This document shows positions 1 to 7,670 of a DNA stretch of 64,000 nt, one piece after another. The translations under genes were made by a program, and so were the position numbers. Position 1 is the stretch's first letter; each line of letters opens with the position of its first letter. Origin of the DNA: Eubacteriales bacterium (GTDB lineage: Bacteria; Bacillota; Clostridia; Oscillospirales; CAG-382); assembly GCA_045595165.1 (NCBI GenBank), contig JAZNZY010000019.1, positions 11,884 through 75,883 of the forward strand, given 5' to 3'. Below the pieces are notes generated by a model, which saw nothing but the letters and a program-made list of their open reading frames with translations, made no database searches and was not told the origin of the DNA.

Positions 1-3
1 AGT

Positions 4-789
4 TTATTTTATATCTTTTTTCGTGTATACCGCGTAGGCGGTTATAATTCCCGCGGCGGTAAGCAGGAGTCCTGCCCACATATATTTAAAATCCAAAGCG
101 CCGTTATTGATAATATATCCGCTGTCGGTATAGCCGTAAGGGGTTATATATTTTAGGAACTTTATCTCGTCGGTAATGTTGGCAAGTATGTTCATAAAAT
201 AAAACGCCATGGTAATTCCCAAAGAAACGGCAAACCCGCCTCTGCGCAAAAACGCAGACAGACCGAAGCATATAAACGCCACCTCAAGATCAAGCAAAAA
301 GTATGCCAGAAAGATAAGCGCAATCTTTCCCCATTCGGGATTTTCTCCTATAACCGCCGCGGCGATGCAGGAAACCGCCATAACCGATACGTTCAGCACA
401 ATTATCTGTGCAATTACGGCAAACAGCTTTTCCGTAACAATCCTCCCACGGGAAATGGGGTGGGTAAGCAAAAATTCCGCAGTTTTGTTTTTTTCTTCCT
501 TTGCCAAGGCGGCAACCGCGGTTATGGCGGCAAAGATAGGTCCTCCCAATCCCAGCACGTTTCCGCACTCCACGCCGAAATATCCCATAAATTCGCCGAA
601 GTTCAACCGGTCCATTCCGAACGCATCGGAAAACGCGCCCATATTCGCAAACATATCCGATATATCTCCCATCTGTGAGGACATCTCGGGATATATAAGT
701 ATACTTACTCCCAGCATAAAGGCGATGACAGCCGACCATACGATAAGTGATATTCTGTTTTGCTTTAACTCGTGTAAAAAGACGGTCAT
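4..789 (-). CDS. ABC-2 type transporter permease (multi-pass membrane protein)
   Basis: 261-aa ORF with about six hydrophobic spans. Its ATG (787-789) overlaps the TGA of the upstream ATPase gene (ATGA at 786-789), the usual coupling of ABC-2 exporter pairs. Family call rests on architecture and context only. Confidence 0.6.
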   Translation of the reverse strand: MTVFLHELKQNRISLIVWSAVIAFMLGVSILIYPEMSSQMGDISDMFANMGAFSDAFGMDRLNFGEFMGYFGVECGNVLGLGGPIFAAITAVAALAKEEKNKTAEFLLTHPISRGRIVTEKLFAVIAQIIVLNVSVMAVSCIAAAVIGENPEWGKIALIFLAYFLLDLEVAFICFGLSAFLRRGGFAVSLGITMAFYFMNILANITDEIKFLKYITPYGYTDSGYIINNGALDFKYMWAGLLLTAAGIITAYAVYTKKDIK

Positions 790-1664
790 TTGCTTTCCTC
801 CTTTACGTAGTAGTGCATAAACACCTCGTCCAGATCCGGATCGGTTATGCTTATATCCTCAAAGCTTGCCGAGGCGAGGGCTTTTATAAGCGCTTCCGCT
901 TTTCCGCCGTACAAAAAGCTTATGTTATCGTTTTCTTTTTTCATGTCCTTTACGTCTGCAAGCACCGGCATATTCTTTACGCCCCGCAGGGATATGCGCT
1001 TAACTCCCGTGTTGCCAAGGTTTGCAACGGAATCGGTTACCAACAGCCTTCCCTCGCGGATAATGGCGGCGTGCTTGCAATAACGGCTTACCTCGGACAG
1101 CACGTGGGAGGATAAAAATACCGTAGCGCCCTCGGCGTTTCTTTCCTGCATTATGGTGTAAAACTCTCTTTGCATCAAGGGGTCAAGACCGCTTGTGGGT
1201 TCGTCAAGTATATAAAGCTCGGGCTTGTGCTGTAAAGCGCAGATTATACCTACCTTTTTTCTGTTTCCCAAGGAAAGCTCGCCTATACGCTTTTCCATAT
1301 CCAGATCAAGTCTTTCGCAAAGGTTTTTTGCTTCCGCTTCGCAGTTTTTCTTTCTTAATCTTGCGCTTAAAGCAAGCATTTCTTTAACCCGCATATTTCC
1401 GTAAAAGCCGGATTCGGAGGGCAGATAGCCAACGGATGCAAGTATTTCGGTTTTATTCTTTTGAATATCCTTTCCCAAGATCTCCGCCTTGCCGGAGGTA
1501 GGGGATATAAGTCCCAGAAGAGCCCGAATGGTGGTGCTTTTTCCTGCGCCGTTGGGACCGATAAACCCGTAAAAATCACCTTTTTCCACGGAAAGGTCAA
1601 CTTCGATAATTCCTCGGGATGCGCCGTAATATTTTGTTAATGCTGTCGTTTTAATGGCTTTCAT
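786..1664 (-). CDS. ABC transporter ATP-binding protein
   Basis: Walker A GPNGAGKST, ABC signature LSLGNRKK, Walker B LYILDEPTSGLD. Start moved from the track value (1679) to ATG 1664 (MKAIKT...), which has GGAG about 8 nt upstream. Confidence 0.9.
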   Translation of the reverse strand: MKAIKTTALTKYYGASRGIIEVDLSVEKGDFYGFIGPNGAGKSTTIRALLGLISPTSGKAEILGKDIQKNKTEILASVGYLPSESGFYGNMRVKEMLALSARLRKKNCEAEAKNLCERLDLDMEKRIGELSLGNRKKVGIICALQHKPELYILDEPTSGLDPLMQREFYTIMQERNAEGATVFLSSHVLSEVSRYCKHAAIIREGRLLVTDSVANLGNTGVKRISLRGVKNMPVLADVKDMKKENDNISFLYGGKAEALIKALASASFEDISITDPDLDEVFMHYYVKEESK

Positions 1665-1666
1665 AT

Positions 1667-2755
1667 TTAATCTCCGCAAAAAAGATTCAGTTTTTCATAT
1701 ATCTTTTCGGTTTCCGCCTTGTCTTTTCCCGTAATGATAAGCGTTTTTTCGCCGGAGCGCACCACCACGCCGTAATCGCATTTTGTGTAAGCGTACAGGG
1801 TGTATTTTCCGTAAGTGTCGCTTTCAAAGGTGCCCATAAGCAGCTTTGAGCCGCCAAATCCGTATACTCTTGCGCCTCTGTCGTAATCCTCTACCAGCTC
1901 CACGCTGTCAACCTCGTTATAGCCTACGGTAAGATCTTCGAAATAATCGGCCACTATTTTAAATCCTGCGTTTCCGTATTCCACGGTAATATTTCCCGTA
2001 AACATAAGCGGAATAAGCGCGGCAAAAAGGATCGCCAAAACAAGCGTTACGATAATTCCGATCATTCTGTATTTCTTTTTATCGTATATTGGCTTGGGCT
2101 CAAAGCCGCCCTCCTTCTTTTGCTTTTTATAAAAGCAGTAGGAGTATATGGTGGGAACCAAAACGGCAACCAATATCAGTACAAACATTGCCGCCATGGA
2201 AAGCTTTTCGGGAAGCAGGATGGTAAGTACCAGAGCCGCACCGCAGAAAAACCATACTATTCCTCCGAAACGGTGGGTGGCTTGCCAGTTTTCCTCACTT
2301 TCAAGGGTCCACTTTATCTTTATACCCATGGTTTTGTTTTGCTTGCATTTGGGCAGATAGTTACCCATTATTATAAACATTCCGCCGATGATAAGGTTTA
2401 TAAAATAAACGGGGAAAGTGCTTTCATAAAGTACTGCGCCGTACGTCAATCCGCTCAAACAGCAGGAAAGCAGAGGGATTATCAACAGCATCGCGGAAAC
2501 CGCCTTGGGATTTTGCTTTTTGCTTTCTTTATCCAAAGCAGTTAAAAGAATGCACACCCACAAAAGGGCAAGCATTATAAGGGGCAAACCGAACACGAAG
2601 AAAGCTTTGCTCCCGTAGGAATCGGCATTTCCCGCCAAGTTCCAATGTATAGGCATGGACGGGGGTAGTTTATCCCAAAGGATGACTCCCGAAATTATCG
2701 GTAAAAGGGTTAAAATATTTGCAAAAATTATGGTTATTTTATTCTTTTTTATCAT
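1667..2755 (-). CDS. SdpI/DUF1648-like polytopic membrane protein with soluble C-terminal domain
   Basis: The track ORF (to 2929) runs into the ArsR gene. Start set at ATG 2755 (MIKKNKITIIF...), overlapping the ArsR stop as TAATG. About seven TM spans; the N-terminal block 'PIHWNLAGNADSYGSK' resembles SdpI/DUF1648-family proteins; ~110-aa non-membrane C-terminus. Confidence 0.55.
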   Translation of the reverse strand: MIKKNKITIIFANILTLLPIISGVILWDKLPPSMPIHWNLAGNADSYGSKAFFVFGLPLIMLALLWVCILLTALDKESKKQNPKAVSAMLLIIPLLSCCLSGLTYGAVLYESTFPVYFINLIIGGMFIIMGNYLPKCKQNKTMGIKIKWTLESEENWQATHRFGGIVWFFCGAALVLTILLPEKLSMAAMFVLILVAVLVPTIYSYCFYKKQKKEGGFEPKPIYDKKKYRMIGIIVTLVLAILFAALIPLMFTGNITVEYGNAGFKIVADYFEDLTVGYNEVDSVELVEDYDRGARVYGFGGSKLLMGTFESDTYGKYTLYAYTKCDYGVVVRSGEKTLIITGKDKAETEKIYEKLNLFCGD

Positions 2756-3024
2756 TACCGCGTTTCTCCTTTCAGGTCTGTTATCCACAGCATAATTTCT
2801 TCCAGCACGGATGCGTTCAGCTCGTAATATATATACTTTCCCTCGCGGGTATCTCTTATAAGATCCGCTTCCTTCAGCACCGAAAGATGTCTTGAAACCG
2901 CCGCTCCTGTAACAGAAAACCGCTCGCATATTTCTCCCGCGGATTTCCGCCCTTCCTTAAGCATATTCAGTATTTCCCGTCTGATCGGGTCGGAAAGAGC
3001 TTTTAACGTGTTTTGAAGTCCCAC
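2755..3024 (-). CDS. ArsR/SmtB-family (SdpR-like) transcriptional regulator
   Basis: 89 aa. 'LKALSDPIRREILNMLKEGRKSAGEICERFSVTGAAVSRHLSVLKEADLI' is the canonical ArsR winged-HTH. GAGGTGA RBS upstream. Confidence 0.85.
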   Translation of the reverse strand: MGLQNTLKALSDPIRREILNMLKEGRKSAGEICERFSVTGAAVSRHLSVLKEADLIRDTREGKYIYYELNASVLEEIMLWITDLKGETR

Positions 3025-3040
3025 GCGTTCACCTCATTTA

Positions 3041-3064
3041 ACATTTAACTTAATTGTTAAATGT
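3041..3064. promoter_or_regulatory. Candidate ArsR operator (perfect 9-bp inverted repeat)
   Basis: ACATTTAAC-N6-GTTAAATGT lies about 17 nt upstream of the ArsR start codon, the typical position for an autoregulatory operator. Confidence 0.45.
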
Positions 3065-3178
3065 ATTGTATCACAGTATTTTTGTGCTGTCAAGAGGAGA
3101 AAAGGTGCCATTTTTTGCATATTATATTGAATTTTGTCTTATTCAGGGGTATAATGGGGCAAGGACGGAGGGATTTTT

Positions 3179-3988
3179 ATGAACCGTATACTGTGTTCCA
3201 CGGGCGCCGTTATCGGCAGACCCAACGGAAGAAATATATATTTGCTTGAAGAGTGTGTCCGCAGCCTTAATTGCGACGGATTTGAATTTATGATGTACAG
3301 CACCTGGTACGATAAGATAGACGAAGTTAAAAAGGTCGTTTTGGGCACGGGAGCATCCTTTCCCGTTTTCCATATAGAAAAGCAGGTGGGGGATCGTATC
3401 AGCCGCAACGGAGAAGGAGATACCGAAAAAGCGGTAGAATTGTTTGAGATAAACTGCGCTCTTGCAAAAGATATCGGCTCCCAAAAATTGGTGCTTCATT
3501 TGTGGAGCGGGCTGGATTCGGATAAGGATATGCCCCACAATATGGAAGTATACGAGCGTTTTTACGAAATATCTCAATCCCACGGTCTGCTTTTAACGGT
3601 GGAAAACGTGGTGTGCAACCATCAGGATCCTTTTACACATCTTGTTTCGCTTTCACGTGAGTTCCCCGATATTTCCTTTACCTTCGATACGAAAATGTCC
3701 CAATTCCACGCACAAACGGAAAAGCTTTATGAAAATACAGAGGTTTTTAACCGTATAAAGCATTTTCATATAAACGATTACGGCGGAGGATATATGGATT
3801 GGTCAAACTTAAGGACCTTGCATATCGGCGAGGGCAACGTTAATTTTGACAGGCTGTTTGCATATCTGAAGGAGCAAAACTATGGGGGCGATTTTACCGT
3901 GGAAGCCACTTCGTTTGACGAAAACGGTGTAATTGATTTTGAATCTCTCAACCGAACCTTTGAAAAAATAAGAAAGTATTTGGCGTAA
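3179..3988 (+). CDS. Sugar phosphate isomerase/epimerase-like (xylose isomerase-type TIM barrel) protein
   Basis: 269 aa. The spacing of conserved H/E/D residues (VLHLWSG, TVENV, HFHINDYGGG, GEGNVNFDRL, GGDFTVEA) fits the AP-endonuclease-2/xylose-isomerase-like TIM barrel family. Confidence 0.55.
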   Translation: MNRILCSTGAVIGRPNGRNIYLLEECVRSLNCDGFEFMMYSTWYDKIDEVKKVVLGTGASFPVFHIEKQVGDRISRNGEGDTEKAVELFEINCALAKDIGSQKLVLHLWSGLDSDKDMPHNMEVYERFYEISQSHGLLLTVENVVCNHQDPFTHLVSLSREFPDISFTFDTKMSQFHAQTEKLYENTEVFNRIKHFHINDYGGGYMDWSNLRTLHIGEGNVNFDRLFAYLKEQNYGGDFTVEATSFDENGVIDFESLNRTFEKIRKYLA

Positions 3989-3989
3989 T

Positions 3990-4676
3990 ATGGAAAATAC
4001 AAACAAAAAACGCAAAATACTTGCGCTTCTTTCCTTGGCTGTGGTAATAATTCTTGCTCTCCTTGCCACCCTTTTCGTGTGGAAATGGCTGGATTCTTTT
4101 TCGGAAGAGGGGTTCAGAGATTACATACGCTCCTTCGGGCATTGGGGATGGCTGGTGCTTTTGGGAATACAGTTTTTGCAGGTGTTTATTGCCCTCATTC
4201 CCGGTGAGGTGGTGGAAACCGCCGCGGGATACGCATTCGGGCCTCTTTGGGGAACGGTTATCTGCTATGCGGGCGTTGCCGCCGCATCGGCTTTAATCTT
4301 TTTGCTCACCCGCCGTTTTGGAATACGGTTGGTGGAGGTGTTCGTTTCAAGAGAAAAGATTAACGAGCTTAAATTTTTAAATACCTCCAAAAAGCGGAAT
4401 TTTTTAATATTCATCTTGTTTTTTATTCCGGGTACGCCCAAAGACCTTATCACATATTTCGCAGGGCTAACGGATATTAAAATCACCGAATTTCTGTGCA
4501 TTTCCCTGGTTGCACGTTTTCCGTCGGTAATATCTTCCACCGTCGGAGGACATTTGCTGGGAGAGGGAAGCTATTTGTCCGCTTTGCTTTTATACGGAAT
4601 AACCGGCGCGGTAAGTATAGCCGGCTTGCTTATATACAATAAAATAATAAAAAGCAGGCAGGAAAAGAAAAAATAA
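3990..4676 (+). CDS. TVP38/TMEM64 (DedA-related) family membrane protein
   Basis: 228 aa, multi-TM. 'IALIPGEVVETAAGYAFGPLWGTVICYAGVAAASALIFLLTRRFG' matches the TVP38/SNARE-associated family core. Confidence 0.65.
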   Translation: MENTNKKRKILALLSLAVVIILALLATLFVWKWLDSFSEEGFRDYIRSFGHWGWLVLLGIQFLQVFIALIPGEVVETAAGYAFGPLWGTVICYAGVAAASALIFLLTRRFGIRLVEVFVSREKINELKFLNTSKKRNFLIFILFFIPGTPKDLITYFAGLTDIKITEFLCISLVARFPSVISSTVGGHLLGEGSYLSALLLYGITGAVSIAGLLIYNKIIKSRQEKKK

Positions 4677-4721
4677 CTAAAAAATTTTTTATTCGGCGGT
4701 TAAATTTTTTATTCCACGTAC

Positions 4722-4750
4722 TTGTCAAATTTTCAGTGCTGTGATATAAT
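4722..4750 (+). promoter_or_regulatory. Sigma-A type promoter for purC
   Basis: TTGTCA (4722-4727), 17-nt spacer, extended -10 TGaTATAAT (4742-4750). Confidence 0.55.
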
Positions 4751-4808
4751 TAATCGTTCTATTGGGATAATAAACAAAATCTATGATAAAAAGAAGGTTT
4801 TACGAAGT

Positions 4809-5498
4809 ATGAAGACACTTTACACCGGCAAAACAAAGGACGTTTTACTTGATGAGGAAAAGAATATAGTTCATCTTCTGTTCAAGGACAGTATGACAGG
4901 CGAAAACGGCGTGTTCGACCCCGGCTCCAACACAGTCGGCGGAAGCGTAGAAGGCAAGGGCAAGATCGGTCTTGCAATCTCCAAGTTCTTCTTTGAGCTT
5001 ATGGAGAAAAACGGTGTTCCCACCCACTATATCGCTGCAGACGTAGATAAGGGCCTTATGCAGGTTCGCAAGCTCACCGTTCCCAAGCTGGAGTTCGTGC
5101 TTCGTTATTACACCGCAGGCAGTATGTGCCGCCGCTTCTCTCTGGAGGAGGGTATCGTGTTCGATCCTCCTTATGCAGAGGTTACTCTTAAGGACGATAT
5201 CCAGGGCGATCCCCTTATCAGCGAGCGTCTTTGCATTATGAAGGGTCTTCTTAAGGAGGGTCAGTACGACGAAGCGCAGAACATCGTTCTCCGCGTAGGC
5301 GAAGTACTTAAGGAATACCTTGCAACTCTCAACCTCACCCTTATCGATTTCAAGATCGAAGTAGGCTACGATGAAAACGGCAAGATGTACGTTGCAGACG
5401 AGATCACTCCCGATATCTGGCGCGTGCGCGATGAAAACGGTAATATCCCCAACCAGCTCGATTGCTCCAAGATGCTCATAGCTAAAATGGGACTGTAA
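4809..5498 (+). CDS. purC: Phosphoribosylaminoimidazole-succinocarboxamide (SAICAR) synthase
   Basis: 'MKTLYTGKTKDVL...LFKDSMTGENG...GKGKIGLAISKFFFELMEKNGVPTHYI' is typical PurC. Start moved to ATG 4809, downstream of the promoter (the track ORF starts at 4722, inside the promoter). Confidence 0.9.
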   Translation: MKTLYTGKTKDVLLDEEKNIVHLLFKDSMTGENGVFDPGSNTVGGSVEGKGKIGLAISKFFFELMEKNGVPTHYIAADVDKGLMQVRKLTVPKLEFVLRYYTAGSMCRRFSLEEGIVFDPPYAEVTLKDDIQGDPLISERLCIMKGLLKEGQYDEAQNIVLRVGEVLKEYLATLNLTLIDFKIEVGYDENGKMYVADEITPDIWRVRDENGNIPNQLDCSKMLIAKMGL

Positions 5499-5515
5499 TT
5501 AAAAGCAATATTAAA

Positions 5516-5547
5516 CGGCGAGAGGAATTCCTCTCGCCGTATTTTTG
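5516..5547 (+). terminator. Rho-independent terminator after purC
   Basis: Perfect 10-bp stem CGGCGAGAGG / CCTCTCGCCG with loop AATT, followed by a T-run (5542-5546). Confidence 0.75.
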
Positions 5548-5564
5548 TGGTGTTTTTTGGTGGC

Positions 5565-6422
5565 TTATAAATTATTCAACAAAAAGTTGTAAAAATCCTC
5601 GGCGTAAATGGATTTCGGGTTTCGTTCGTGGAGCTCGATTATCAGATCTCTTCTGCAAACGGGGGCAGAAACGGGCAAAAGCTTTAAGTTGTCGTTTTGC
5701 AGCTTTCCCCAGGAATATTCGGGCCAGAAGGCTATTCCCGTACCCATACTTATAATATTCTGTACTGCCGTGGGGGAATCGGATTCAAAAAGTATTTTGG
5801 GGTAAAACCCTGCCTCCGAGCAGAATTTGTTGCATATGATACCGAACAGTCTGGCATTTGAAAGCATAATAAACCCTTCGTTTTTAACGGCGCTCAGCTC
5901 GATACTGTCCTTTTGTGCGTATTTTGAATTCTTGGGAACCGCAAGGTAGATGTTCTCTTTTTTTACACCGCGGCGGGAACACGGTCTTTCCTCATAGGTT
6001 TGTAAACCGTTGGTGGTTATAAGAATATCGCAATCGTGCTTTAGCTCGCTTTGCTCGAAATCAAAGATAACATCGGGATTTTTTCGTTTATACTCCATAA
6101 GGGTGTTTATTACGAACAAGGATGCCGCCAGAATGTTAAGCTTTACCGTTTTTGTTTCCCTGATTTTCAGATTTTCTATTTCCGTGGATAAATTATCAAA
6201 TTCCGGCAGTAAAACATCCAACCGCTTTTGCAGATATTTTCCGTATTCGGTAAGTGCTACCTTTCTTCCCGTGCGCATAAACAGGGGGACTCCCAGCTCG
6301 TCTTCAAGAGAATGTATTGCCTGAGTAAGGGAGGGTTGCGAAATGTGCAAGATCTCTGCGGAACGGGTAATATGCTCAAGACGGGCGGTGGTGTGAAAAT
6401 ATTTTAATTTCTGTATATCCAT
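5565..6422 (-). CDS. LysR-family transcriptional regulator
   Basis: N-terminal HTH 'MDIQKLKYFHTTARLEHITRSAEILHISQPSLTQAIHSLEDELGVPLF' plus a substrate-binding domain of the typical ~200-aa length. Confidence 0.85.
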   Translation of the reverse strand: MDIQKLKYFHTTARLEHITRSAEILHISQPSLTQAIHSLEDELGVPLFMRTGRKVALTEYGKYLQKRLDVLLPEFDNLSTEIENLKIRETKTVKLNILAASLFVINTLMEYKRKNPDVIFDFEQSELKHDCDILITTNGLQTYEERPCSRRGVKKENIYLAVPKNSKYAQKDSIELSAVKNEGFIMLSNARLFGIICNKFCSEAGFYPKILFESDSPTAVQNIISMGTGIAFWPEYSWGKLQNDNLKLLPVSAPVCRRDLIIELHERNPKSIYAEDFYNFLLNNL

Positions 6423-6526
6423 AAGACCTCATATATAGTTTAAACCTATTAATTTTATAGTAATTATATATTTTACATTATCGTTTGTCAAGCGTATAAT
6501 GTGTATAAAGAACGGAGGAATATATT

Positions 6527-6802
6527 ATGCAGATCTTTGAAGTTATAATGTTAATATGTTTTGGATTATCGTGGCCCATATCCGTATATAAGAGTATACG
6601 CTCCAAGTCCACCAAGGGAAAAAGTATCGTATTTATCTTGGCTATTATTCTGGGATATATATCGGGCATTATCGGCAAGATCGTAAATGACCAGATGTCC
6701 TACGTTCTGGTACTTTACTGTATAAATCTGGTAGTAGTATCAATAGACCTCGCTTTGTACTTCGTAAACTCTCGCCGCGAAAAAACGCTTGTGAACGCGT
6801 AA
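6527..6802 (+). CDS. Small three-TM membrane protein (possibly PQ-loop/SemiSWEET-like)
   Basis: 91 aa, three hydrophobic helices, GGAGG RBS upstream. The family assignment is tentative. Confidence 0.4.
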   Translation: MQIFEVIMLICFGLSWPISVYKSIRSKSTKGKSIVFILAIILGYISGIIGKIVNDQMSYVLVLYCINLVVVSIDLALYFVNSRREKTLVNA

Positions 6803-6809
6803 TAGAATC

Positions 6810-6927
6810 ACCCCAAGAAACCGTGCGGTTTCTCGGGGACCCCGACAAAAAACCACCCCAAAAATCCTGCGGATTTTCAGGGACCCCGGCAAAAAGTTAC
6901 CCCAAGAAGTTTTCGGCTTCTTGGGGC
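6810..6927. repeat. Array of three REP-like palindromic elements (consensus CACCCCAAGAAG-N7-9-CTTCTCGGGGACCCCG)
   Basis: Units at 6810-6845, 6853-6889 and 6899-6927, each a GC-clamped hairpin. Related copies at 10313-10348, 14593-14629, 17102-17138 and a degenerate one at 25284-25318. Confidence 0.7.
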
Positions 6928-6945
6928 TGTTTTTTATGGTATGAT

Positions 6946-7548
6946 TTATATTTCTGTTTTTCTGTCTTTAAAATAATATTCCTTGTCCCGCTCGCCTATA
7001 GGACGCAATACTCTGCAAGGGTTTCCCACCGCGACCACGCCTGCGGGCAGGTCTTTGGTAACCACGCTTCCTGCGCCTACCACCGTGTTATCTCCGATAG
7101 TTACTCCGGGAAGTATTATTGCCCCTGCGCCGATCCAGCAGTTTCTGCCGATGCGCACGGGCATATTGTATTGGTATCCCTTTTCCCGCAGTTCGGGCAG
7201 TATGGGATGTCCTCCCGTGGCGATTATTACGTTGGGTCCGAACATAGTGCAATCCCCCACGTAAACGTGGGTATCGTCCACCACGGTCAGATTGAAATTT
7301 GCGTACACGTTGTTGCCGAAATGAATATGCTTTCCGCCCCAGTTTGCGTGAAGCGGAGGTTCAATATAGCATCCCTCGCCCAGCTCTGCCAGCATTTCCT
7401 TTAAAAGTGCCAGCCGCTTTTCCGTTTCGTGAGGACGGGTGGCGTTGTATTCGTATTGCTTTTCCAGACAGTCAAGCTGTTCTTTCATTATGCTTTCATC
7501 CAAGGGCAGGTATAATTCCCCTGTGTGAAGACGGTCCTTTTGTTCCAT
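6946..7548 (-). CDS. maa: Maltose/galactoside O-acetyltransferase (left-handed beta-helix hexapeptide-repeat family)
   Basis: N-terminal Mac-type block 'GELYLPLDESIMKEQLDCLEKQYEYN' and hexapeptide repeats 'IGRNCWIGAGAIILPGVTIGDNTVVGAGSVVTKDLP'. Start set at ATG 7548 (MEQKDRL...) with GGGAGGG RBS. Confidence 0.8.
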   Translation of the reverse strand: MEQKDRLHTGELYLPLDESIMKEQLDCLEKQYEYNATRPHETEKRLALLKEMLAELGEGCYIEPPLHANWGGKHIHFGNNVYANFNLTVVDDTHVYVGDCTMFGPNVIIATGGHPILPELREKGYQYNMPVRIGRNCWIGAGAIILPGVTIGDNTVVGAGSVVTKDLPAGVVAVGNPCRVLRPIGERDKEYYFKDRKTEI

Positions 7549-7616
7549 TATTCGTCCCTCCCGTGAATTATGCCTTATTATACACCGTTTGCCCCCGTAA
7601 ATCAACGGTTTATCGC

Positions 7617-7645
7617 TTGACTTTACAAATATAAAGTTGTAGAAT
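7617..7645 (+). promoter_or_regulatory. Sigma-A type promoter
   Basis: TTGACT (7617-7622), 17-nt spacer, TAGAAT (7640-7645). Confidence 0.55.
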
Positions 7646-7670
7646 GTAAACGTAAACTACAAAAAGAGAG

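Noticed and set aside
6823-7404. 193-aa + strand ORF
   Set aside because: It starts inside the REP-like element array and then runs antisense to the hexapeptide acetyltransferase gene. It has no RBS.
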